From the NCBI GenBank assembly GCA_903889795.1, contig CAISYW010000080.1, positions 1 through 47,323 on the forward strand: a DNA stretch of 47,323 nt, written 5' to 3'. Within the stretch, counting starts at the first letter, position 1. Every line of letters begins with the position of its first letter. The position numbers and the translations under genes are program-made. Below are positions 1-7,976 of the stretch, in pieces. Origin of the DNA: an uncultured Chlamydiae bacterium (GTDB taxonomy: Bacteria > Chlamydiota > Chlamydiia > Chlamydiales > SM23-39). The notes below the pieces were generated by a model, which saw nothing but the letters and a program-made list of their open reading frames with translations, did no database searches and was not told the origin of the DNA.

Positions 1-471
1 ATTGTATTTTCACATCGAGTTTTAGAGTCGATTCTGGACTGGATGGTGCAGCAGAGTTCAAATCGTCAAATTTCTATTCAACATCGCTTAATCATTGTCG
101 ATCGAGGTCATTTTTTTCTTTTGACAAAACAAATGCCCCGTTTCGATCAGCCGCTATCGCTTTCTTTAGAGGGTTGTCGTCGATCGGGTAATTGGATGGT
201 TGAAGAGATCGCTCCTGCAGTTTATCATAGCCATTGGCAAGCTCTTTGGCGGGGCGAGCCGGTGATTCAGCGTTTTGATGGTAATCCGACCTTGCAGCTA
301 CCTCCTCTCGGCATCCGCTGGTCTGAAAAGGTTCCTCTTTTTTTGAGACGGATCTGTCCTGTCCTTATGCAAGATAATCATCTAATCGGTGATTTTGTGA
401 CTGGGAAAATGAGATCCGGCCAGAGGTGTATTAAAATTTTTGTTGATCCCAGTATTTCCGTAAGGCACTGA
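1..471 (+). CDS. 3' part of a gene truncated by the window edge; possibly tRNA(Ile)-lysidine synthase (TilS) C-terminal region
   Basis: Frame 1 is open from nt 1 to the TGA at 469-471, so the listed 43..471 ORF continues upstream of the window. The call rests only on its position directly upstream of ftsH (tilS-ftsH linkage is common). No diagnostic motif lies in the visible ~156 aa. Confidence 0.35.
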   Translation: MVFSHRVLESILDWMVQQSSNRQISIQHRLIIVDRGHFFLLTKQMPRFDQPLSLSLEGCRRSGNWMVEEIAPAVYHSHWQALWRGEPVIQRFDGNPTLQLPPLGIRWSEKVPLFLRRICPVLMQDNHLIGDFVTGKMRSGQRCIKIFVDPSISVRH

Positions 472-564
472 GGGTAGGCTTGCGAAGAAGAGTTAGTGTC
501 AGTATATGTATGTTTTTGATATAGGGGCGTTAGAGGCGGCAGGTGCTTTGTGGAGAGGGCTCTT

Positions 565-729
565 AGTACACCGTTTCAAAAGTTTTTAATGTTTGGGCTG
601 CGTTAAAGCCCCTAGAATCGACGATCGTAAACTGCCATGTATTGAATTAATACAGAGTAGTTAACGATCGTCGATTCTAGGGAACTTTCACGTCAGCCGA
701 AACACCAAAAACTTGTGAAACGGTGTACT
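565..729. repeat. 165-nt imperfect inverted repeat (long hairpin) in the spacer upstream of ftsH
   Basis: agtacaccgtttca... (from 565) is the reverse complement of ...tgaaacggtgtact (to 729). The arms are ~75 nt with a few mismatches and 1-nt bulges. The core cctagaatcgacgatcg / cgatcgtcgattctagg pairs perfectly. The apex is tgtatt-gaatt-aataca at 638-654. Confidence 0.85.
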
Positions 730-824
730 CGGGGTATCTTATTTACGAAAATGGCGTAAAGATGGTTTAATTTCATCATTAGACTGTTGCTCTAAGGCTT
801 ATAAAAAGAATAAGATAAGGTGAT

Positions 825-3584
825 ATGGCAAACGATAACAAATTCAAACCTGAATCAAAGAATAATTTTCCGGGACGATTTATTATCTTTCTGGTGGCTG
901 TGGTTGTCATTATGTTTGTAATTCAAACATTTACATCGGACAATTACGCAAAGGTTTCCTTTAGCCATCAGGTAGAGCATCTAATCAATTTGGATCTGAC
1001 AGTACCCGATGAGAATCGAAAGATCGCCCAAAGCGAAAATTTAGTCACATTCAGTGGCAAATTCCGTGACGCTGTACCCGAAGAGAGCCAACAACGTTAT
1101 CATTACCTTGAATTGTTGAACCGGTATCATCAGCAGACAGTGAGCCAAAAACAGCTCCTGCAAGATTTAGATGCACTGCAAAAAAATGTTCGCGTTTCTT
1201 CTGAATTGTTTCTTCAATTGAGTGGTCAGCCGTTGCCTCGAGGCGGTTATGTTGTCGTGGGTTCGCTCTATGATACGCCTGGCCGGGAAAACTCGATTGT
1301 TATTCGTTCCTTGTCCGATCGAGAGCTGAGTAGTTTGCCCGTCATTCAACAGGCTTTTACGATTTCTCAACAAACTCCCAGCCAAGCAAATGTTGATGAT
1401 TTGGGAAAACATTTGCGCTCGTTTGTCTCTTTGCTACGCTCTCCCGCTGTTGGAATTGGTGTTGAGTCTGTGAAGCTGGAGCTTAAAAATCTGGATAAAA
1501 AACTGGCAGCTGAAGTCGATCAGCCGATGGAACAGCAGATGACTGTCTATCGCACAGCGATTCCCCAGATCACTACGATCATTGCCGAATTAAACCGAGA
1601 GCAAGACGGTGTTCGTCTTCTAGCACTGCGCAGCGTGCGAAGCTATCATGAAGAGCTGCAAAAATATAATGCAGTGACCCAAGAATTGGGTGAAAATGAC
1701 GCTCTACTTGAAAAAGCCCGACAAAAAGCGGCTAACGTCATTTGGTATTTCAATAATCAAGAATTGTCTACGCGTAGCTTAGAAAAACAAGATCCTGAGG
1801 CATTTACCCACTGGTTTGCCCAAGCTCAGCGAGAATGGGAGAATTTCAATAACAATAAAGGCTTGGTCTATCGCGCTCCAGACCAGCCCCGCAACACAGT
1901 TTTAGAGAGAACTTTTACAAGCCAGGATCCAGCGCCAAACTATATAAGTTATGTCGTCACCGTTTTGCCTATTCTCTTGGTTATCTTGTTTCTCTATTTT
2001 ATTTTTTCACGCCAGATGAAGGGCGTGGGCTCTTCTGCGATGAATTTTGGGAAATCTCCTGCTCGATTGATGACGCGTGAAAATAATAAAGTCACATTTA
2101 AAGATGTTGCCGGATGTGTAGAAGCGAAAGAAGAGCTGGAAGAGATCGTTGACTTTTTGAAGGACCCTCAAAAATTTACTGCTCTTGGGGCTCGAATTCC
2201 GAAAGGCGTGCTTCTCGTTGGACCTCCGGGAACGGGAAAGACTCTGATTGCTAAGGCCGTGGCCGGAGAAGCCGAACGACCTTTCTTCTCCATTTCAGGA
2301 TCTGATTTTGTCGAAATGTTTGTCGGTGTCGGGGCGAGCCGTATTCGCGATCTTTTTGATCAGGCGAAAAAGAATGCTCCCTGCATTATCTTTATGGACG
2401 AAATTGATGCGGTCGGACGCCATCGGGGTTCCGGTATTGGCGGTGGCCATGATGAACGTGAACAAACGCTGAATCAGCTGCTTGTGGAGATGGATGGATT
2501 TGATACGAAAGAGGGCGTTATTTTAATGGCGGCGACGAACCGCCCGGATATCCTCGATCGTGCATTATTGCGTCCAGGCCGATTTGATCGACGGGTCGTT
2601 CTCGATTTGCCTGATGTAAAAGGACGTCTTGAAATTTTAAAAGTTCATGCGCGTAAGATCAAAATCGATGCTTCTGTCGATTTGAATGATATCGCCCGCA
2701 ACACACCCGGAGCTTCCGGCGCGGATCTTGAAAATATTCTCAATGAAGCGGCTCTTCTCGCGGCACGCAATGGACGCTCGGCTGTGACCTCTATCGAAGC
2801 AAAAGAGGCATGCGACAAGGTTCGTTACGGCAAAGAGCGCCGCAGCTTGGAAATGGATGAAAATGAGAAACGTACGACGGCTATCCATGAATCGGGCCAC
2901 GCCATTGTCGGTTTGAAGGTGGAGCATAACGATCCCGTTGATAAAGTGACCATCATTCCTAGAGGATTTTCATTAGGCGCAACGCATTTTATGCCGACGA
3001 AAAATCGATTAAGCTACTGGAAGAAAGAGGTGCTCGATAAATTGGCGGTATTAATGGGCGGCCGCACGGCTGAAGAACAATTTGTCGGCGACATGTCCTC
3101 CGGCGCACAACATGATATTGCTCAAGCGACGAAGATCGCCCGCAGCATGGTTTGCGAATGGGGGATGAATGATGTTCTGGGAACTGTTTCTTATGATGAA
3201 CGGGCTGAGACGGGTCAATATTTGGGTATGTCGAATTATCACGATAAATCCTATTCTGATGATACGGCTGAAAAGATTGATGTCGAAGTTCGTAAGTTGA
3301 TTGATGAAGCGCACCAGCGCGCCCGCGTGATTATCGAAGAAAATCGCGAAAAATTACAGCTTATGACCGACATGTTGATGGAGTTTGAAACTCTCGATTC
3401 TTACGATGTTAAGAAGATCATGGATGGAACGTGGGACGCCGAAGAGAAGAGAAAGCGCCTCAAAGATGCGGATGATTTGCAGCGCAAGCAGCCCCCTCCT
3501 GTACCGATTCGCCCAGTGATTGCTCCGGAGACAGATACGGGTGAAGCTCCCACTGATTTGCCGGGAATGGAACCGAGCGTGTAA
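825..3584 (+). CDS. ftsH: ATP-dependent zinc metalloprotease FtsH, long form with a ~340-aa insert between the two TM helices
   Basis: Walker A GPPGTGKT, Walker B IIFMDEID, and AAA second region of homology (SRH) are present, as is the HEXXH zinc site ([10 protein letters not shown]). TM helices lie near aa 17-36 and 373-394. GATAAGGTGAT precedes the ATG. Confidence 0.97.
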   Translation: MANDNKFKPESKNNFPGRFIIFLVAVVVIMFVIQTFTSDNYAKVSFSHQVEHLINLDLTVPDENRKIAQSENLVTFSGKFRDAVPEESQQRYHYLELLNRYHQQTVSQKQLLQDLDALQKNVRVSSELFLQLSGQPLPRGGYVVVGSLYDTPGRENSIVIRSLSDRELSSLPVIQQAFTISQQTPSQANVDDLGKHLRSFVSLLRSPAVGIGVESVKLELKNLDKKLAAEVDQPMEQQMTVYRTAIPQITTIIAELNREQDGVRLLALRSVRSYHEELQKYNAVTQELGENDALLEKARQKAANVIWYFNNQELSTRSLEKQDPEAFTHWFAQAQREWENFNNNKGLVYRAPDQPRNTVLERTFTSQDPAPNYISYVVTVLPILLVILFLYFIFSRQMKGVGSSAMNFGKSPARLMTRENNKVTFKDVAGCVEAKEELEEIVDFLKDPQKFTALGARIPKGVLLVGPPGTGKTLIAKAVAGEAERPFFSISGSDFVEMFVGVGASRIRDLFDQAKKNAPCIIFMDEIDAVGRHRGSGIGGGHDEREQTLNQLLVEMDGFDTKEGVILMAATNRPDILDRALLRPGRFDRRVVLDLPDVKGRLEILKVHARKIKIDASVDLNDIARNTPGASGADLENILNEAALLAARNGRSAVTSIEAKEACDKVRYGKERRSLEMDENEKRTTAIHESGHAIVGLKVEHNDPVDKVTIIPRGFSLGATHFMPTKNRLSYWKKEVLDKLAVLMGGRTAEEQFVGDMSSGAQHDIAQATKIARSMVCEWGMNDVLGTVSYDERAETGQYLGMSNYHDKSYSDDTAEKIDVEVRKLIDEAHQRARVIIEENREKLQLMTDMLMEFETLDSYDVKKIMDGTWDAEEKRKRLKDADDLQRKQPPPVPIRPVIAPETDTGEAPTDLPGMEPSV

Positions 3585-3620
3585 TTGTCTAATTTTGTGA
3601 CAGTTTATTTTAAGGGATCC

Positions 3621-3652
3621 CTCAACAATGAATTTTAAAAGTTATTGTTGAG
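3621..3652 (+). terminator. Hairpin downstream of ftsH (possible terminator, no U-tract)
   Basis: ctcaacaat (3621-3629) pairs with attgttgag (3644-3652), giving a 9-bp stem and 14-nt loop. There is no T-run after it, so terminator function is uncertain. Confidence 0.3.
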
Positions 3653-3827
3653 CGATCTCTAGATCTGCTTCGGCTAATACTAAAATTTTGATCTCTTTAA
3701 TTATATACTTTCTAAGTCTTTCTTTATCATAAACATATGTTCTTTCTCGCCAATCAATAGTTGATAACATTTGTAATTAAATAAAAGCATTTCTTTAATA
3801 AAAACTCTATTATTATTGAAAAATTTA

Positions 3828-3856
3828 TTGACATTTGTAATAAAATCGTTTACTAT
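3828..3856 (+). promoter_or_regulatory. Sigma-70-like promoter for the 3891 ORF
   Basis: TTGACA (3828-3833), a 17-nt spacer, then TACTAT (3851-3856), inside a very AT-rich stretch. It lies ~35 nt upstream of an AAGGAG-led ATG. Confidence 0.45.
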
Positions 3857-3890
3857 TAATATGTAACTTAAGTCATAAAAAGGAGATATT

Positions 3891-4247
3891 ATGTCAGTGT
3901 CCAGAACCTCTTCCCCGGATTTAGTGCCTGTAAACATGGACGATCGAGCCGTGTCGCCATTAATTCTAGACGAAAACGATGCTTTAGTCGGAGCCATTCA
4001 GCAAGTGGCTTTAGAAGTAATCCATTCACCCACTTTTTTACCGCTGGCTCCACCAAACGATCTGCTAGAAGCTCTGAATCTGGAACCTTTACATATTGGA
4101 GGAGAACAACCTCATATGGAGGAATGGGTCTTACATTTTGCTGACGAAAATAATGCACACCAGGTCGCGGCACAAAATATTGGGGTGTTTTTGAACCATT
4201 TATTGGTATCGTCTACACAGTTGCCAGACCAGGCTTTAGGCGCGTAA
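3891..4247 (+). CDS. Hypothetical small acidic protein (118 aa)
   Basis: Strong SD (aaAAGGAGatattATG) and a consensus-like promoter upstream. I recognise no motif. The antisense ORFs 3701..3997 and 3889..4173 lack such signals. Confidence 0.6.
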   Translation: MSVSRTSSPDLVPVNMDDRAVSPLILDENDALVGAIQQVALEVIHSPTFLPLAPPNDLLEALNLEPLHIGGEQPHMEEWVLHFADENNAHQVAAQNIGVFLNHLLVSSTQLPDQALGA

Positions 4248-4397
4248 GCACTGCGTTAATCATTCCATGACATCCCCCGTTTCTTTTAGGGGGTGTCAAT
4301 TGTATAACATTCATTCCTAGATGCTTAATCGCTTTCGACAATTTAATCCGTTTATCAATATCAAGTCTGGATAAGCGTTCACGCGAGTAGGTGCTTT

Positions 4398-5606
4398 TTA
4401 TAATGAAATCAGACCGGTCATTGCCAAGAGTTGAAAGAGGAATATAAATAATGCAAAGATGAGGACGCAGACCAACGTAGACTTACCGCCTCGGATTTGA
4501 TAAGAAGATGCAATATTCATTCGATAGCGGCCGATCCAAACCATTAAAACTGGAAAAAGGCCGAACAAAATGACCGCGCAAATTCCTCCGGCAAAATCGA
4601 TCGCCTTAAAAAAGATGTCCGGTTTCAAGATGGACAGAAGGTAGGGTGGAATCAGTACAAGTAGCATCAATGAAAGAGGTTCTTTATCTTTGGTCTGAAA
4701 ACCATCTGCTAAAAAATGGACCAAAGCCAGTGATTGGAGAAGGAGAGATGTCAATAATGAGAAAAAGGCGAGTCCTTCGGCGAAACGAGTGACCCATGAA
4801 GTGCCTAAAATTCCCGCAATGGAAATGGAGGCGTCTCTGCCCGATTTAAGCGATGCGAGCAGCCCAAATTCTCCATCAGGGGGAACGATTCCTAAAACGA
4901 TCAGATCCCACACGATGTAGACGATTAAAGCAAAAAGACTGCCTAATATGATGACCGTTTTGGTTCTCTTGAGATCCCCCTTCATATAGCAACGGATCGT
5001 GGGGATCATATTGTGAAATCCAAACGAGATCACCAAAATGGGCAATGAGAAGAGAATGGGATGGATATTTGTGCGGGCTAAAAGCGATGGAGTTACATGC
5101 ATCAGCCCGACAGCCACGATTCCTAGATAGGCGAGAATCTTGCCGGTCATTAAAAACCGGTTAAAAAAATCGACCGTTCGTGTTCCGGAGTAGAGGATGC
5201 AGCCGAAGAGCAGCACAAAAAAGAGGGTTCCGAGCCATGGCGGGATGTGGTGGGTCATCAACCGGCTGGATATCGACGAAACATCGATTCCAATTGCTGC
5301 TTGGTAAGCCACTAATAGTGAGTAGAATAAGAATAGATATAATAACCAGCTGATCTTTTGGCCCCATTTGCCGAGAGAATGGCCGACCATTGATATGATG
5401 TTGACATCTTTGGAAAACCAGCCATTGACCTCAACGGTGAGCAGGGCAGTTGTTGTCATAAAAGCCCACGCCGCAATCATCATCAAGAGAGAGGGGTAAA
5501 AGCCGCTGAGTCCGGTAACGATGGGCAACCCCAGCATGCCTGCGCCCACACAGCTGCCGCAGATGATTAAAGTTCCACCGATCAAACTGCCCGGTTTTCG
5601 TTCCAT
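4398..5606 (-). CDS. tyrP: Aromatic amino acid permease, HAAAP family (TyrP/Mtr-like)
   Basis: Collinear similarity to E. coli TyrP as I recall it: GxxIICGSCVGAGMLGLP, VDFFNRFL, ISFGFHNMIPTI, YQIRGGK. There are ~11 hydrophobic helices. I chose the ATG at 5606 (MERKPGS...), 4 nt after the ychJ stop, rather than the 5642 ATG that overlaps ychJ. Confidence 0.88.
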   Translation of the reverse strand: MERKPGSLIGGTLIICGSCVGAGMLGLPIVTGLSGFYPSLLMMIAAWAFMTTTALLTVEVNGWFSKDVNIISMVGHSLGKWGQKISWLLYLFLFYSLLVAYQAAIGIDVSSISSRLMTHHIPPWLGTLFFVLLFGCILYSGTRTVDFFNRFLMTGKILAYLGIVAVGLMHVTPSLLARTNIHPILFSLPILVISFGFHNMIPTIRCYMKGDLKRTKTVIILGSLFALIVYIVWDLIVLGIVPPDGEFGLLASLKSGRDASISIAGILGTSWVTRFAEGLAFFSLLTSLLLQSLALVHFLADGFQTKDKEPLSLMLLVLIPPYLLSILKPDIFFKAIDFAGGICAVILFGLFPVLMVWIGRYRMNIASSYQIRGGKSTLVCVLIFALFIFLFQLLAMTGLISL

Positions 5607-5610
5607 AATA

Positions 5611-6030
5611 TCATCCTGGGTGCTGATTTCTTTGCAAATCAAGTGCTTCGCGGTATAACCAGCAACCTTTAATTTTTAGGAAAAGACTTTTTTCGGTAAA
5701 GGATGCATCTCGAAGTTTTTGCTTAAGGATTGCTCGAAATGTAACCGTTGCTCTGTTTGTTTCCTCATGAAAGTCGATGATTTTCAATCCCGTAAAATCA
5801 GTCATTTGAGAAAATGTGATAATATCTTTCTTCCATTCAACCGGATCAGAGATGGCGGAGTTGTTTTCTGGATGAGTCGTTCGAATGATATAATCGGCTA
5901 ATTTCAAAGCATAGGCAGAGTAGCGCGAGCGCATGAGAATCAGAGCATTCTCAGCGATAGCTCCATCATGGTACTTCTTGCAGCAATCCTCGTAGAGTTT
6001 TTGACTATGGCAGGGGCATTCTTTATTGAT
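5611..6030 (-). CDS. ychJ: YchJ-family protein (UPF0225, N-terminal SEC-C-like CPC...CC motif); probable non-canonical ATC start
   Basis: LMRSRYSAYA matches the YchJ core. The family's N-terminal Cys motif (NKECPCHSQKLYEDCCKKY) is encoded in frame upstream of the first ATG (5934). The frame is open only back to the TGA at 6034-6036. ATC at 6030-6028 sits 6 nt after AAGGAG (6042-6037). Confidence 0.7.
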   Translation of the reverse strand: MNKECPCHSQKLYEDCCKKYHDGAIAENALILMRSRYSAYALKLADYIIRTTHPENNSAISDPVEWKKDIITFSQMTDFTGLKIIDFHEETNRATVTFRAILKQKLRDASFTEKSLFLKIKGCWLYREALDLQRNQHPG

Positions 6031-6033
6031 CGA

Positions 6034-7842
6034 TCACTCCTTTCCAAAGCGGCCGAGTTTAGCCTCAGTCAGTGATAAAAGATCTTTTGATTTCATAACG
6101 ATCGATTCCGTTGGGAGTCCGCAGTTAAAGGCCGCTCGATCATTTTCCAAAATTCGATCATCGAAATAATTATCGAGATTGAGCAGATTACCAAATGGAG
6201 GTACCCCGCCGACGATCAAACCAAAGCGCTCCAGGATAATTGCAGGCTCTTCAAATTCGCATCTTTCACCCACGGCCTCTGCGCATGCTTTCATATCGAG
6301 CTTCATATGAGAAGAAATATTGAACTGATAATTCTTTTTACTGTTTTTTCCACGGAGGATGATTGCTTTAACACCTTCCTGGAGCGATGTATTGCGCATA
6401 CGTGCGGCGTCTTGCGAGGTGGGCGTCGCGTCATGAGTCTTATGATCGAATTCATAGTCGCGATGACGTATCTGGCGGATGATTTCATTGCGGATGTTTT
6501 CTCCGCCGAAGAAGATCTTGGCTTTGATGCGAACCCCGGCGATTCGTTTTGTGTCCGAAGGAAAGAGGGATGCTTCGCGCACGTTTTTCAACTTGAGCAA
6601 GGTCATCGTCAGTCGTTCCAATCCCATGCCAAATCCGCCATGGGGAGGCATGCCATACTTAAAAATACTCAGATAATCGGTGAAATTTTGCGGATCCATG
6701 CCCTTCATGCGGATTCCTTCGAGCATCGATTCATATGTATGGCGACGCTGGCCGCCCGATGTGATTTCCGTCCCCGCGCATATTAAATCGAAGGTGTTGG
6801 TCAATAGGGGATTTTCAACTTTCGGATAGGCATAGAAAGGCCGTTTTTCTGTTTTCCAATCAATGACAAAGACGAGGTCGGTTCCATGCTTTTCTTTCGC
6901 CCAGGCTGAGAGCTCTCTTTCAGCTGCCGGGCTTAAGTCGGGCTCATTACGTTCATCAATATGGGTTCGTTCATAGTAGATCTCTTGCGCCTGTTCGAAT
7001 GTGAGCCGGGGGAATGGAACGTTGTCCGGACAGGTGATGATGCTGTTCCCTAAAGCAGCCAGATCTTCTTTCGAGTGCTGATGGAGATAGTTTACAATGA
7101 ATTTTAGAACGCCTTCCTGAATGTCGAGGACCTCATGCCAATGATGAAAGAAGCCCATTTCAAATTCAAACTGTTTTCCTTCAGATAGATGGCGCGTTGT
7201 GTGCGATGGCTCGGCACGAAAAAAAGGCATTAGAGCAAAGACCCGCTCATTGACGCCAACCATGATTTGTTTGTAGAGCTGACTGCTTTGAGCCAATGTG
7301 GCTGTATGCCCAAAATAATCGACATTGAAAAACTCTGCGCCGCCCTCAGATGAGGCGCCGATCATGTTTGGAGCAAAATATTCACTTGCATCGACCGTAT
7401 CGTGCATATAAAGCCGGTAGGCATGAGCGATTTGGCCTTGAATCCGAAAAACGGCCTGCAGTTCGCGGTTGCGCAGCGCAATCGGGCGATTGTCGAGAAT
7501 GAAGTCCAGATCCGAGTGAATTTGCGGTTTATAATATTCGATCGGAGGAACTTCCTGAATCGGATTTTCTACACTGATTTTTGGGTTGATGATCTCGACG
7601 CCGATATTGGCTTCTTTCGATGCGACTGCTGTTCCAACAATTTGTAAAATGGAGCCGGGCTGCAGTTGAGCAATTTTTTGGTTTTCACTTTTATCTTCGA
7701 TCAGAATTTGCGATAGACCGCTGCGATCTCGCAAAATAAGGAATGTGAGCTTTCCAAAAGATCGGACGTTGTTCAGCCACCCGCGTAAAAGAACGGTTTG
7801 GCCGATGGAGCGATGCAAGTCTGACGATAATGTTCGTTTCAT
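6034..7842 (-). CDS. aspS: Aspartyl-tRNA synthetase, compact archaeal/eukaryal-type class IIb core, fused to a C-terminal YbaK/ProX-like aminoacyl-tRNA editing domain
   Basis: Core motifs: OB-fold (LRGWLNNVRSFGKLTFLILRD), LAQSSQLYKQ, motif 2 FRAEPSHTTRHLSE, motif 3 GGFGMGLERL, and FPSDTKRI. No GAD insertion is present. The last ~150 aa (about nt 6037-6480) carry YbaK-like signatures: THDATPTSQDAA, KAIILRGK, KLDMKA, GLIVGGVPPFG. Confidence 0.85.
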   Translation of the reverse strand: MKRTLSSDLHRSIGQTVLLRGWLNNVRSFGKLTFLILRDRSGLSQILIEDKSENQKIAQLQPGSILQIVGTAVASKEANIGVEIINPKISVENPIQEVPPIEYYKPQIHSDLDFILDNRPIALRNRELQAVFRIQGQIAHAYRLYMHDTVDASEYFAPNMIGASSEGGAEFFNVDYFGHTATLAQSSQLYKQIMVGVNERVFALMPFFRAEPSHTTRHLSEGKQFEFEMGFFHHWHEVLDIQEGVLKFIVNYLHQHSKEDLAALGNSIITCPDNVPFPRLTFEQAQEIYYERTHIDERNEPDLSPAAERELSAWAKEKHGTDLVFVIDWKTEKRPFYAYPKVENPLLTNTFDLICAGTEITSGGQRRHTYESMLEGIRMKGMDPQNFTDYLSIFKYGMPPHGGFGMGLERLTMTLLKLKNVREASLFPSDTKRIAGVRIKAKIFFGGENIRNEIIRQIRHRDYEFDHKTHDATPTSQDAARMRNTSLQEGVKAIILRGKNSKKNYQFNISSHMKLDMKACAEAVGERCEFEEPAIILERFGLIVGGVPPFGNLLNLDNYFDDRILENDRAAFNCGLPTESIVMKSKDLLSLTEAKLGRFGKE

Positions 7843-7915
7843 AGATAAACAGATTTGTTAGAAAAACTATGAGATTAAGATAAAAAGCAATTCGGTGCAA
7901 TTGCGAGTTAAGAAT

Positions 7916-7956
7916 CCTTTCCACTGGCGGCTCTTGAGAGAGCACCGGCGGAAAGG
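7916..7956 (-). terminator. Imperfect hairpin downstream of pnp
   Basis: cctttcc (7916-7922) pairs with ggaaagg (7950-7956), with further partial pairing inside. It lies 20 nt after the pnp stop. No clear U-tract follows. Confidence 0.3.
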
Positions 7957-7976
7957 ACTCGGGAGTCAAATATTTT

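Noticed and set aside
565-729. Possibility that the long hairpin is 6S RNA, SRP RNA or a tRNA-like gene
   Set aside because: It has no large central bubble as in 6S, no SRP domain IV motif, no cloverleaf and no tmRNA ends. Only a generic rod-like fold is supported.
825-2000. Unusually long N-terminal/periplasmic region of FtsH
   Set aside because: The feature is real but, to my knowledge, a known trait of chlamydial FtsH (about 910 aa). It is not novel.
3701-4173. Minus-strand ORFs 3701..3997 and 3889..4173
   Set aside because: They overlap the promoter and coding region of the better-supported plus-strand ORF, lack an RBS, and one runs through extremely AT-rich sequence with odd composition.
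6034-6036. TGA read-through fusing AspRS-YbaK to YchJ
   Set aside because: No recoding signal is visible, and a well-spaced AAGGAG-N6-ATC offers a simpler independent initiation. It is kept only as a minor alternative under the ychJ finding.
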